A stretch of DNA of 62,961 nt, filler included, from Nemertoderma westbladi (Eukaryota; Animalia; Xenacoelomorpha): the NCBI GenBank assembly GCA_032718475.1. It is 3 parts of 3 records of this genome, joined end to end, with 100 filler letters (N's around TTAATTAATTAA, not from the genome) between each part and the next. Parts side by side here need not be neighbours in the genome. Positions count along the whole stretch, not along the records: positions 1 to 28,051 come from JAUCBJ010004748.1; 2 more parts are not named here. One strand, 5' to 3'. This document shows positions 12,047 through 25,600 of this stretch, in pieces (positions within the stretch are counted from its first letter, which is position 1; every line of letters starts with the position of its first letter). The notes beneath the pieces were generated by a model that worked only from the letters and a program-made list of their open reading frames with translations, was not told the origin of the DNA and ran no database searches. A program made the translations under genes and the position numbers.

Positions 12047-13100
12047 CCCTATTACCACTGGGGTGTTTAGACCATTAGCAGCACTGGCGAGGGGTCGATT
12101 CGGCCCCCCGCTGTATTTTTGTAATTATCCAATAAAATCCTACGACATTTGGGCTGTAAATGAAAAAATTATCGAAGAACATTTTCAAATCCAAAAAAAT
12201 GAAAATTTTATAAGTTGGGTATAATAATTTTCATGAAAAATAGAAGTAGTCCCAGGACAAAATATACATTTTTTTGATATTCTAAAAACTGATAGTGTGG
12301 CATTGCTGGCTAGCATTAGTAGGTTTTTCACTTCAAATTGAACTGGATGCTATTTTTCGCGCACATAAGAAGTGGGCGTGGCACTTCAAATTTTGAAAAA
12401 TACGATATTCGGAAAATACCCCCATCTTTTGATTTCAACGTATTTTTATATGTTTTCTGGACCGCTGAATTGATTGAAAATATTATCGAAGCCTGAAGAC
12501 TTAGTGGATCGTCCTTTTTGGAGCACCAAAATTAGGGTGTGGCACTTCAAATATTGAAAAATACGAGATTCGGAATATAAACCAAAGTTGAGATTTCAAC
12601 GCACATTTATAGGTTTTCTGGACCGCTGAATCAATTGCAAAGTATTATAGAAGCCTGAAGACTGAGTGGTTCGGCACTTTTTGGTGCACCAAAATTAGGG
12701 AGTGTCACTTATTCAAATTTTGAAAAGTACCGCGCCCTAATTGTGGTGTACCAATAATGACGTACCACTAAGACTTGAAGCTTCAATATTACTTTCAATC
12801 GATTCAGCGGTCCAGATAACCTATAAAAATGGGTTGAAATGAAAACCTTGTGGTATTTTCTGAATATCGTAATTTGAAAATTTGAAGTAAGCCTACTTAC
12901 CACGCCCTAATTTTTGGTGCACCAAAAATGATGTACCACTAAGAATTGAGTCTTCTATATTACTTTCAATCGATTAAGCGGGCCAGAAAACCCATAAAAA
13001 TGCGTTGAAATCGAAACTTCGGAGTATTTAACGAAAATTGCAATTTTGAAAAGTTGAAGTGCCATGACCTAATTTTAGTGCACCAAAAATGACGTACCAC
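12047..13100. mobile_element. piggyBac-like left end followed by a foldback array of ~165-bp units
   Basis: TTAA-CCCTATT at 12043; two direct units (~12375-12705) then two inverted units (~12730-13075); no right end found. Confidence 0.5.
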
Positions 13101-14887
13101 ATCCCTTACATACTTATATAGAGTAGTGAATGCTCGTTGGTAATGCTGATGGTAACTTTGTTCCCTAAAACGAACTTCGTATGACCACTAGAACTGGAGA
13201 TTATACATTTTGAAGATTTCCGATAACCGATAAGTCTATTCCGTGTAATCCCGCAAAGACCGTGAGTCGCTTATTCGAGTCCCGTCTTCATTCCGGAGAA
13301 TTGAAGTTGTCTTATAAACTGACAAGTAGGTCCAATAATCATAAAAAAATACCTTATAAATTAAAATTTTGTGCTCTTTCTCGTGGAGACAACCAATTGG
13401 CACCACTGAGCACAGAAATTTGCAGAAATTGAATGCAAACTACATCGCCTTTACCGATATCGCGATATATCGGAGCCAGTATCTTCTATCCATGATATCT
13501 CGAAAACTAAGCAAGATATGTGAAAACGGTTTCCATATCTGGATTCAGCATGAAATTCTGCATCAGATAGGATATGTTTCAAAAATTCTACTTTTTGGTC
13601 AGAAAATGCGCGAAAAACAGAGTACAATGTATAGTGATAGATATTAATCCTTAGGGATATATGAGGCATCACAATATATCATTTAGGGATATACATATGT
13701 ATCAGTTAAGAGAAGTACTGAAATGTTGAAGTCTTTGGATTCTGGGCGGATTGAAACGAGGTTACTTGTTGAACATAACCGATTCAATACAGTTGATGGG
13801 TCCTCTAGGGACACTGATATTATCTTGAAAGTTGACCATATGAAGAGTGCCTATGTTGAAGTAATAAGGATTGTTCTCAAATACTAGTCCTAAACAAATT
13901 ATCTGAAAAAGATGCTTTCCATTACAAATGAATCCATCCGACATGATTACAGATGATATAACAGTGATTTGATTTATCAAATGTCAAATATCAAAAAAAT
14001 TTCCAAATATATCAGCCGAGATCCTATACTGTAGGCCTCAAGAATCTTAAACATAGTGGGCGGGAAACAGAATCGATGATCGTGAAGAAATATACAAAGA
14101 TGCAAAATTCAACCCGCTCCAGTGGAAAATCAAGGCAAATAGAACTGATTATGATCAAAAATAAAACTATGACCTTTGCCATTGACTCTCATATATTTAG
14201 TGATTTAAATTTCACACGATAGAACTCGTAGAGCACACCAAATTAAGTAAGTATATAAACCTAAAAACTGCAGTATACCAAATAATTAAGTAAGGGCCTA
14301 ACAGTTGTAAAAATTACGCAAAAATAGGGCACAAAATGCACATAATTAATGATGAGAAAAAACCTATTATGGTAAACCATGAATCATACTCATAAATCAT
14401 AATCAGTTGATATAAGCTTCAGCTTCGTCCTGATACAGGGAATATGTAAAAATATCAATTTACGAACGCCCGTACAATTATTCCATCGAATTTTCTTGTT
14501 TTGTTGAATTATAGACTACCAAATGATGGCATTGAAAAATAACGTTTAAGATCCAACTTGTAAAACAATAACTAATGTATAATAATTTCAAAAGTATTAA
14601 CATTTCAGTATGTACCGTTCGTACCGGTAATGCATGTAAAATTCAAAAATATCATTTCATATAATAATTAGAAAAAGTAAATTATGTGAAACAATAATAC
14701 AGAAATAAATTGAAACGAGGTGATAAATATACAATTAATTATTGAAAACCAGCAAAGAAATGTAAGAAAGAAGAAAAATGAAAAATTATTTCATTTTGTC
14801 AAAGCAACCCCCCCCCCCCCCCCCCCCCCCATTGACCCAGACATTGATAGGTTTACGCCATTCAAACTGGCATGATGATTTTGTGTC

Positions 14888-17876
14888 GTATAGCGAACCA
14901 GTATAACGATCCAGTATAGCGAACTGGTAAAGCGATCCGGTATAGCAATCCAGTATAACCAACTGGTATAGCGAACCAGTATAACGATCCAGTATAGCGA
15001 ACTGGAAAAGCGATCCGGTATAGCAATCCAGTATAACCAACTGGTATAGCGAACCAGTATAACGATCCAGTACAGCGAACTGGTAAAGCGATCCGGTATA
15101 GCAATCCAGTATAACCAAATGGTATAGCGAACCAGTATAACGATCCAGTATAGCGAACTGGTATAGCGATCCAGTATAGCAATCCAGTATAACCAACTGG
15201 TATAGCGAACCAGTATAACCAACTGGTATAGCGAACCAGTATAACGATCCAGTATAGCGATCCGGTATAGCAATCCAGTATATCCAACCGGTATAGCAAT
15301 CCAGTATAACCAACTGGTATAGCGAACCAGTATAACGATCCAGTATAGCGAACTGGAAAAGCGATCCGGTATAGCAATCCAGTATAACCAAATGGTATAG
15401 CGAACCAGTATAACGATCCAGTATAGCGAACTGGTATAGCGATCCAGTATAGCAATCCAGTATAACCAACTGGTATAGCGAACCAGTATAACGATCCAGT
15501 ATAGCGAACTGGTATAGCAATCCAGTATATCCAACCGGTATAGCGAACCAGTATAACGATCCAGTATAGCGAACTGGTAAAGCGATCCGGTATAGCAATC
15601 CAGTATAACCAACTGGTATAGCGAACCAGTATAACGATCCAGTATAGCGAACTGGTATAGCGATCCGGTATAGCGAACCAGTATAACGATCCAGTATAGC
15701 GAACTGGTATAGCGATCCGGTATAGCAATCCAGTATAACCAACCGGTATAGCGAACCAGTAGAACGATCCGGTATAGCGAACCAGTATAACGATCCAGTA
15801 TAGCGAACTGGTATAGCGATCCGGTATAGCAATCCAGTATATCCAACCGGTATAGCAATCCAGTATAACCAACTGGTATAGCGAACCAGTATAACGATCC
15901 AGTATAGCGAACTGGTATAGCAATCCAGTATATCCAACCGGTATAGCAATCCAGTATAACAAACTGGTATAGCGAACCAGTATAACGATCCAGTATAGCG
16001 AACTGGTATAGCAATCCAGTATATCCAACCGGTATAGCGAACCAGTATAACGATCCAGTATAGCGAACTGGTAAAGCGATCCGGTATAGCAATCCAGTAT
16101 AACCAACTGGTATAGCGAACCAGTATAACGATCCAGTATAGCGAACTGGTATAGCGATCCGGTATAGCAATCCAGTATAACCAACTGGTATAGCGAACCA
16201 GTATAACGATCAAGTATAGCGAACTGGAAAAGCGATCCGGTATAGCAATCCAGTATATCCAACCGGTATAGCAATCCAGTATAACCAACTGGTATAGCGA
16301 ACCAGTATAACGATCCAGTATAGCGAACTGGTATAGCGATCCGGTATAGCAATCCAGTATATCCAACCGGTATAGCGAACCAGTAAAACGATCCGGTATA
16401 GCAATCCAGTATATCCAACCGGTATAGCAATCCAGTATAACCAACTGGTATAGCGAACCAGTATAACGATCCAGTATAGCGAACTGGTAAAGCGATGCGG
16501 TATAGCAATCAAGTATAACCAACTGGTATAGCGATCCGGTATAGCAATCCAGTATAGCGAACTGGTATAGCGATCCGGTATAGCAATCCAGTATATCCAA
16601 CCGGTATAGCAATCCAGTATAACCAACTGGTATAGCGAACCAGTATAACGATCCAGTATAGCGAACTGGTATAGCGATCCGGTATAGCAATCCAGTATAT
16701 CCAACCGGTATAGCGAACCAGTATAACGATCCAGTATAGCGAACTGGTATAGCGATCCGGTATAGCAATCCAGTATATCCAACCGGTATAGCAATCCAGT
16801 ATAACCAACTGGTATAGCGAACCAGTATAACGATCCAGTATAGCGAACTGGTAAAGCGATCCGGTATAGCAATCAAGTATAACCAACTGGTATAGCGAAC
16901 CAGTGTAACGATCCAGTATAGCGAACTGGTATAGCGATCCGGTATAGCAATCCAGTATATCCAACCGGTATAGCAATCCAGTATAACCAACTGGTATAGC
17001 GAACCAGTATAACGATCCAGTATAGCGAACTGGTAAAGCGATCCGGTATAGCAATCAAGTATAACCAACTGGTATAGCGATCCGGTATAGCAATAATAAT
17101 AATAATAATAATAATAATATTGGTTATTTATATAGCGCTTTTCTACGCTCAGCATACTCAAAGCGCTTTTATTATCATTACCCCAGCAAAGCCAGGTTCC
17201 CATTATACCGCTGGGTTGACGTAGGCACTAATGTCTAAAGTGTCTTGCCTAGGGACACAACAGTGCGAAATTTCTACAGCCTTTAGTCAGATTCGAACCT
17301 GCGCCACCAAACACTATTGCGTAAGCAGTTCAGGCGCCGTATCCACTCGGACACTGCGACACTGCAATCCAGTATAGCGAACTGGTATAGCGATCCGGTA
17401 TAGCAATCCAGTATATCCAACCGGTATAGCAATCCAGTATAACCAACTGGTATAGCGAACCAGTATAACGATCCAGTATAGCGAACTGGTATAGCGATCC
17501 GGTATAGCAATCCAGTATATCCAACCGGTATAGCGAACCAGTATAACGATCCAGTATAGCGAACTGGTATAGCGATCCGGTATAGCAATCCAGTATAACC
17601 AACTGGTATAGCGAACCAGTATAACGATCCAGTATAGCGAACTGGTATAGCGATCCGGTATAGCAATCCAGTATAACCAACTGGTATAGCGAACCAGTAT
17701 AGCGATCCAGAATAGCGAACTGGTAAAGCGATCCGGTATAGCAATCCAGTATAACCAACTGGTAGAGAGATCTGGCATCGCAAACTGGTATAGCGAACCA
17801 GTTTAGCGATCCAGTATAGCGAACTGGTATAGTGATTACTAGTGAACCGGTATATCGAACCAGTATAGCAACCGGT
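14888..17876. repeat. 13-bp minisatellite with 78-bp (6-mer) higher-order structure, interrupted by a SINE
   Basis: monomers CCAGTATAACGAT, CCAGTATAGCGAA, CTGGTATAGCGAT, CCGGTATAGCAAT, CCAGTATAACCAA, CTGGTATAGCGAA in recurring order. Confidence 0.97.
17095..17363 (-). mobile_element. tRNA-derived SINE with conserved core and L2-like 3' tail
   Basis: minus strand: A-box-like GTGTCCGAGTGG, B box GGTTCGAATC, core TGTGTCCCTAGGCAAGACACTTT...CAACCCAGCGGTATAATGGG, tail AAAGCGCTTTGAG...GAAAAGCGCTATATAAAT then (TAT)n; GCAAT duplicated at both flanks. Confidence 0.88.
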
Positions 17877-18296
17877 ACCCCTTTAAGAAACCTCGTTATT
17901 GCACTAGAACGAAATATCACTTGGGTTGTCTAAAATAACAGCGACATTGATCTGTAGGCCTACAGTAGTAACAATCACTATCCGTTATTAATACATGGGG
18001 ATGATTTGGTGGAAGGAGTTTCAACAATCCCAAAAGTCCAATTAAATTAAAATTGATAGAATGTTAACGTGTTATCTTATTGTTGGAGCACGCTCTATAT
18101 TTATTTATTTTGGTAGGATTTACTGTAAGTCCAATTAAAAACCAAGGAAAAAAATTGGCAACAATTGGGCAGCGAAGTGAAACTATTGCAGCGGATTACA
18201 AGAAGTGCAACGATCGTTATCTGTACTTCGAAATTTGATAAGAGTTCTTGACAGAACCATTATTGAAGTTATTGAAGTCCCAGTTGGATATCGAAA

Positions 18297-18378
18297 TCGT
18301 AGTAAAATTAATATTACAAGCGCTTGTCATTAGTTTCAATAGTTTCAATTCGCGCTTGTAATATTAATTTTACTACGA
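18297..18378. repeat. perfect 27-bp inverted repeat with 28-bp loop
   Basis: TCGTAGTAAAATTAATATTACAAGCGC / GCGCTTGTAATATTAATTTTACTACGA. Confidence 0.9.
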
Positions 18379-19789
18379 GAACCATTATTGACATGACACC
18401 AATGCAATTAAAGTACATAACCATCATATATGACCCCAGGGAATTGAGGTAGTTTAGTGATTGATATGCTGCCACTTAAATACGATACTAATAGTTAGCC
18501 CACCTTGGTAGGCTAATTCAACCTTGTTCAATACCATTCCCTAAAACAGTTTGTTCTAAAACTTCCATTAGTGGAAATTGAATTTTATAAGTTCGTTAAT
18601 AAATGCATTAGTATGATAATTGAATAAGATAATGAATGGCGGTGGGTGACGAAAGGCATAAAGAGTTAACTATCTAATGTGTGATGATGATGTACGGTAA
18701 GTACTGTACCTTACACAAATGCTCCATCGTATCACAAATATAATTTAACGTTAGATAAGAAAGCGATTTCTTGTCAAACTCTGACACAATCCATTATAGT
18801 GTACTTTAGGTAATTTAGGTAAAGGCTACATTCTTCAAGAGAACTTATCCATAATCCTTGGCTTTGGATAATCCTTGGCGTTGGATAAGCCCAGGAACAA
18901 GAAACAAAGAGGCTGCCCATGTAAAAAGGATGTGCATAATCAATCATTTAACTTCGCAATATGTCCTCATATTTAAGTCACATTTTAATGGAACTCTCTG
19001 ATCGTTTATGACTCCCAAACGTCCCAACTGTCTGGAAATTGAATTTTTACGCAGCTGCACGCCGCAGACACAGCTGCTCGATGAAATGTAATTATTTCAC
19101 GCTATGACCGGTATCATAGTCAGAATGTCTGCATTGTAATGGATACCATGATGATGAAAACCGGATAAAGAAAATAATACACAATCACCCCTCAAGTCAT
19201 AACAGTTTATCCCACAGTAAAATACCTCCCTCAATCACTTTCCATTGAAGAGTAATTTCTTAATTTAATTTCCTACAGAGTAAATCTTGTGAAACTAAAA
19301 CTTCATTTTTTAACAGAATGTAAAATTGGAACGATTTGCCTAATGAAATAAAAAACTCAGACAATCAAAATTATTTTGAATTTGCAGTTAAATCTCAGCT
19401 CCGTGAGCAATGTAAAAATAAATACAATTCTACCGTCCTAAGGCAAATCCATGTATCTCGAATTTTGACGAAAATTTGACATTGGTGTCATTTTAAAGCT
19501 TACGGTGAGCTCTATCTGGTGGTAGAACTTAATGGAGTGCACCTAATCTCTAAAGGAGTTAAAAGAGTGTAATTCTAATGTGAAAATGACACTCCATGTA
19601 AACTACATTGTTTTAACAAAAGCTGTGGAAATTTATATATTTTACATGATGTAATATAAGTAAACTGCTTAGGGCACTGGTTAGAATTTGTAAGGTAAAT
19701 AAATCCATGTAACTCGAAAATCAAAATAAAATACATTTTTATTAAATAGCTAGTTTAAGTTTGGAGCTCTAAGACTTCTAAATATACTA

Positions 19790-20352
19790 TTCAACTAACC
19801 TTTAGTGTTGGCTGTTATCTTTGTTGACTTCTTCAAGGCCTTTGATTCAGTCTCTCACTCACGTATGTTCAGCATACTTTCATTATATGGGATTCCTGAT
19901 GAAATTATTGCAGCAATCAGATCAGTGTTACAGAAGTTATCCCAAACCAATATACGAGAATAACCGCAAATATGTGATGCAATAAATGACAAGATTATGA
20001 GAGTAACAACCGGAGATGACCTATTGGCTATAGCGTGAGTGATGGTATGACATGGTTACAAAGCCATCTAAAAGTATGAATGCATATTAGAATGTTAAAT
20101 ATGTATCAGCACAACAAAGTGCATAATCTTGTACTTTGGCAGCCTCATGGAGTGAATAAGCATGGTGTACAGCTCATGACTTTCTTGAGACGCATCTTAA
20201 AGGACACTGGCCTTACAGATGCGGATGATCTAGCAAATGTCATGGGTGATAGGGAGTTGTGGCGGTGCAATTTTGTTGACAAGCCGGCACAGCATTCTTA
20301 AAAATGCAGCTGCAATGCAGCATGCCGATCCTAGTAGTAGTAGTAGTAGTAG
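19790..20352 (+). mobile_element. RTE family 1 fragments (RT piece and 3' end with TAG tail)
   Basis: FVDFFKAFDSVSH..GIPDEII near 19820-19925; 20125-20352 near-identical to the reverse complement of 4711-4945. Confidence 0.85.
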
Positions 20353-21925
20353 CACAACAAACAATGGTGCAATAACCTAAGGTAGGAATGCAATAATACA
20401 GTAAGGACAATGCATGAACCATTAGTACATAGGGGAAATACCAGGTCACTCACGGCTGAGAGGAAGTAGCTAGGAATTTGTATACGAAAGGTGAAGAAGG
20501 TGTAACCTATATGGGAGAGTAGTCAGATGTTGGTGCCAATTTATTGAAGTATATAAGATTATGTTTTAGGAAACTTGTTTAATCTACAGGTGCATTTCTA
20601 CAATAACTTCCCTGTTACCTTTATATTATTACTGTAACTTATATTGTATTATTGGTGATTACGCTACTTCGCACCGTATGTGCAATAGCATTGTTGGTGA
20701 GACAATATTATCTAGTAAATGCCATTCATTATATTACAAGTCAACAAGAACCCTCTAAATTATTACACTGCTTCTGGGGTTAACGCATATCCTCGACTGG
20801 CCATTCGTTGGACCAACCAAGTGGCGATAAATTTAGCGCAAGAGCATGATAAAAAGGAGAGAGAGAAAGTTCAGAGAGACCAGAGAGAGGAGCGCCACTG
20901 TAGGAGAGAGCAGGAGGAACAGGAACGACGTGAGAAAAGTGAGCAGCAGGAATATGAAGAAGGAAGGAACAAGAGTAATGATAGGGATGCTAAGCAACAG
21001 CCAGCGAAGCATTCAACCAATTAGAAGGGTAAGTTACTTTACCTAACAGGTTTAGGTGGAAACGACAATATATTAACTGGCACAGGGAATATTAACCAAG
21101 TTGGAACTCAGGAATAGAAAATAGAATAGATGCGACCCCTCACAATAGAAATCATAGACGACCCTGTATATGGAGAAGAATTATTACCTAGTAATAACAA
21201 ACCCAAGGAGACTAAGAAGAAGGAAGAGGTTAAGGAGAAGGAGCAAGATTATAAAAATATGTTTGACTCATCATCAGGATCGGCAATTCATGTAAGTCAA
21301 TCACCAATCGTCATTGAAAACGATAACCAGTACTGGCACCGTACCAGTACCGGTACAATAATATTACCGACTATTTAGATCAAAAATATATTATTGAATT
21401 CAAATACTAAAAGTATGCCATATAGGGGGGCTAAAAATGCCAGAAACGGATTCAGCGTCAAAAAAAAACCCAGGAGGTGTAAATTTCTATTAACACATTG
21501 TCAGAAGCGATACAGTGTGAGATAATCTATAAAATCTTGTTTTTCAATCTTTAACTGCGTTTTTCTCAATAATATTTTTTTTCATTTTGCCAGCACTAAA
21601 AACCGTACTAGACCGCCAGTTTTTAATAATTTTCCTTGAAATTTTAACACTACAGGACATGACAGGGATTCGAAATTATAGAGGAAATTTTGAGATTCGT
21701 ATTGCACCGCTGGTTTTTGGTAAAAATGTAGAACTTTTTTCACAAAATTCGAATTTTCGACATTTCTCGGGTTGACGACAAAATAGGAAAAAATCCTCTA
21801 TAAAATAAACTTCGTCTAAAGAAGCCCTCCAGCAAATTTCTAGGGTTTTATTCGAATCAAAACAAATAAATAAATAAAGTGAGATATTGATAAAATTGGA
21901 TTGATTCTGGTTGCACCCGGGTTAA

Positions 21926-22535
21926 CAAGGACCGCATCACTCAGTGGTACACCAGGCTGGGGTCGAAAAATCGGCTACTGGAACAAATGACAGAAGAAAA
22001 ATGTAAATGTAAAAAGATACTAAAGATTGCTACAATGAACGTATGCACTCTGAAAGCTCAGTAAACAGGGTAACATGGTAGCTCTGACAACATTGTAAAC
22101 GCTATGCCAACAAGCAACAACCAAAACTGACAACCGTTATTAACGCTAATTAATGTTAATTATTATTTGAGGGAAAGGAGCACATTACAATGGAATGTTA
22201 TTCTAACCAAAACAGTAAACGATATTCATGAGAACAGATCACATATTTATATTTGTCGTTGTCGGCAGTGGTTGTCTGCTGTTGGTACTATAACACCTGT
22301 ACCAACCACCCTCCATAAACGCAGATTAAGATTCAGTGGGCACTGCTGGAGAAGTAAAGACGAGGTCATACCAGATCTACTTTTCTGGCAACCAACTCAT
22401 GGAAAGCGTAGTCGTGGACGACCGGCCATAACATATTATATAGATCAACTTGAAAGGGATACTGAACTTAAGAGAAACGAAATTGTGACAACTATGGAGA
22501 ATCGGGAAGCCTGGAAGGTTCTAATTTCAACTGTC
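21926..22535 (+). mobile_element. internally deleted RTE family 2 element
   Basis: KCKKILKIATMNVCTL (APE start) near 22005-22052; RLRFSGHCWR..WQPTHGKRSRGRP at 22290-22530, matching 49825-50062. Confidence 0.75.
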
Positions 22536-23544
22536 ACCTATCACCTTTCAACCTATCACCTCCACTGATATTATTGTTTTCGTTACGTTAATACTATCAG
22601 AGTTAACTGAATTTCCAGAATGTCTTCTTGGTAGATTGGGGCATGATGCCAAGACTAACTAAAGTAGTTATTTTTCAATGATATTTTGACCAGAATAAAT
22701 TTAACAATATTTTTTTTTATTACCATAATTCCAAACCCTCTCTTTAATACAAATCAGTATTAAATTATTCAGTACTAAATCCTAAAAAAATAACTGAAAA
22801 ATATATTATAAATGAAAAAATAAAAATAAATAAATAAATACTAAAAAATTCAGTACTAAATTAATGTAGCCACCAACAAAATCTCTGCAGTATTATTATA
22901 TATTAATTCAATTGACTAAATCAAACATAAATTAATAAATATTAATGGTTATAAGATACTCAATGTCGATATACGTCGAGACATTGGCTCTTGAGAATAT
23001 AAGCGCCGTGGATAAACGTATGATAAAATTACGCAACGAAATTTGAAAATATGATGCTAGGAAAACATTTGGATAGGTTAAAGTTGAAAATAATCGAAAA
23101 CCTTTAATAGTTGGCTGCAAGACGTCACGAAATTTATTTATGACTCTTTTATTCTCGAATTGGGTAGGGTTTTTCTAAATTGGCATTTAAAAATCGAATG
23201 TACTAATTTGCGGTGAATTTAACAGCTAAATTAGTTATTATATTGTCGGGCTGTCTCTAGCATCCAATATAGTTTCGGTTAGGCAAAGTAAACAACAAAC
23301 TGGGTGTTGCTGGAAGAGCATCAAGAACATCCCTCCCCTTGTTGGAACCATACTAATGTCAATGTCTTTCTCACAGAATTAGGGTAATTTAACCTTCATT
23401 AACAACTTTAATCAATGACCAATAAATTTATCAATGACATACCTGACCTGACCAATCAAAAATAGGTAGAATAAGACATTTGTTGAAGAGAGCCATCTAA
23501 GAGAGCCAGTAGGTTGGATTTGAAATGTTTAACTGCCAGTGGAT

Positions 23545-24560
23545 TTCAGGAAGATCAGCCTTATGGCCACGAAGTTGGCGGAGCCTTAGCGAATTGACAC
23601 TGTTAGGGGGTGGGTCAATTTATGCAAATAGTTGTCGTCGTCGTCGTCGTCGTCGTTGTCGTCGTCGTCGTCGTCGTCGTTGTCGTCGTCGTCGTCGTCG
23701 TTACGATTTTGACATGCTAATAACTTTGTCGGATTTAAAGCTGCCAAGTTGAAAATTTGTAGGTATCAATATGAGCAAAAGTTGAGATTTTTGAGAGACT
23801 TTCAGACACCATCAGTGCAATGGTCTCCCGCTAGAGGGCCACATGTCTAAACATTAAATGCCCTCCCATTTCTTTGCTTTTAATCCGTTTAAGCTGAAAC
23901 TTGGCAGATATGTATTAGACCATTAGCTGTGACTTTCAAAGGAGGCGAATCCATCTGCAGTTCTCCAGTATGCCGCTAGAGGGCCAAATGTCTGAAAGTG
24001 AAATCGTTGTCGTCGTTATGATATTGACATGCTTATAACTTTGTCGAATTTAAAGCTGCCAAGTTGAAAATTTGTTTTGTTGAAAATCAGTTCAACAGTC
24101 ACCCGCTATAGGACTACTTTATGCCTGAAAGTGAATAGATTCTCCCGTCTCATTGATTTTAATCAGTTTAAGCTGAATCTTGCCAAATATTCTGGACCAC
24201 ATGCTGCGTCTTTGTGGGGGGGGGGGGGAGATTTAATCGGTCTGCCGCTATACGACGAAATTTCTGAAAGTGAGATCCGTCTCTCATTTCGTTATCCGTT
24301 ATTCAAGATGAAACTTGGCCGATGTACGTATGTCTATTCATCCATAGGCTGTGTCTTTGTGGGGCTGGAGACCCTAATCCATCTTCAGTTCTCACTATAC
24401 CGCTAGTGTCAGAAATGTCTGAATAGAAATGAAAGAGGTAAAAAGTGATTAGGCGAAATCTGCTTAAAATTTGCTAATACAGTAATACTTTCGAATTAGT
24501 ACTTAAATTAAATTTAAGTCACGTGCTGCGCGAAGGCCCCACTTCGTGTAGTATGTAGTT
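23545..24560 (+). mobile_element. Helentron-associated (HINE/DINE-1-like) non-autonomous element
   Basis: (GTC)n microsatellite near 5' end, internally repeated core units, 3' stem-loop GCTGCGCGAAG-GCCCCA-CTTCGTGTAGT followed by T-run; homologous 3' end inverted at 27645-27765. Confidence 0.55.
23631..23702. repeat. (GTC)n microsatellite
   Basis: about 24 GTC/GTT triplets. Confidence 0.95.
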
Positions 24561-24671
24561 TTATTCTGAAATTGTAACATAAAGAAATGATAGCATCGAG
24601 TTAAGTTGGTGAAGCAGATATGACTGTCACTGGCTTGGCGGAGCAACTAAAGCTATGGATCATAAAGGATA

Positions 24672-25600
24672 TCATAAATCCCCTCCATAGTTGAATGGAA
24701 GGTTCCGGGAACAGATGCTGCGTTTCTGACGAGGATTACAATTATGAGGCGTTGGAGCAGGAATCGGTGGGACAGTTTCGAAACTGGAAACTTTCTGTGG
24801 CTGGGCCCGGGTGACCAAAGGTTTCAAACAAAATGGGAGAGAAACTACAACAACCGCGTCCATGACCAGTTTTTTACCATGACTCTTTGGAACGAGTGAC
24901 ATTCCATCAACACTTTTCCTATCGGAGAGGTATAGACAGACAGGGCGGCTCGAGGATGGAGGGTACAATGTGTATAGGTTAGGGCATGCTTAAAAATATC
25001 GTTAAGAAGCGCATGATGAAGGAAACGGCTGGTGCTCAATTAGCACGATAGGCCATGGAGAGTCCGTATGTCTCTACTTGGGAGCCGCAGCATACATAAG
25101 TGTGGCTCCATCAAATGGCAGCCTAACTGGGTGGTGATGGAGACACAGAACTGCGTGTTGGTCAGTTTGAGCCCTAAAGATGAGCGCGGAATGGTCTCTA
25201 ACCAATAGCTGGTTGTTGAACCCTCAATGGAGTTGAGGTGGGCAATGGTGGTAATGGGTAGCTGCGTTGTTCTGTAGAGATGCGAGATTTACCTTGTGGA
25301 TTGTGGTAGTCCAAGTGTTCTGTTTGTCTGATTCAGGAATTCTCACTCCAGGGGCGACGGAAGAGGTCCAGAGATGCAGTGCTTCAGTGGAAATCGGGTA
25401 GGGTGGTTGAAGAGGAGCAGTTGGGGCGAACAGGTGCCTCAACCGAGAGGATCAGGCAGCCGCGGAAGCTAGATAGACATGGTACTGCTGAACTCATGCC
25501 GAGGCCACCCAGTGAGACCGGAAACTGACGAGTTGCGGGGGGTGGCTAGATCAAAGGTAGAGCTGACGAATGGGTAGGCGGTGGTGGCTGTTCTCGTCAA
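24672..25600 (-). pseudogene. highly decayed CRE-like REL endonuclease fragment
   Basis: HHALLNDIFKHAL and DRKSVDGMSLVPKSHGKKLVMD align with motifs of the 5786-6720 element. Confidence 0.65.

Noticed and set aside
17280-17363. Functional tRNA gene
   Set aside because: No proper acceptor stem or terminator; it is the SINE head
14888-17876. CRISPR-like array
   Set aside because: No unique spacers, no cas genes, eukaryotic context
14786-17920. 805-aa and overlapping W/Y-rich ORFs as real membrane proteins
   Set aside because: Produced by a 13-bp repeat lacking minus-strand stops; all frames give the same peptides and the start lies within a SINE
20719-21378. hAT dimerisation or gag-like short ORFs
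   Set aside because: Only a weak PL.YY...YP.LA resemblance and low-complexity charged sequence; insufficient support
23525-23752. Protamine-like poly-Arg ORF
   Set aside because: Translation of the (GTC)n microsatellite
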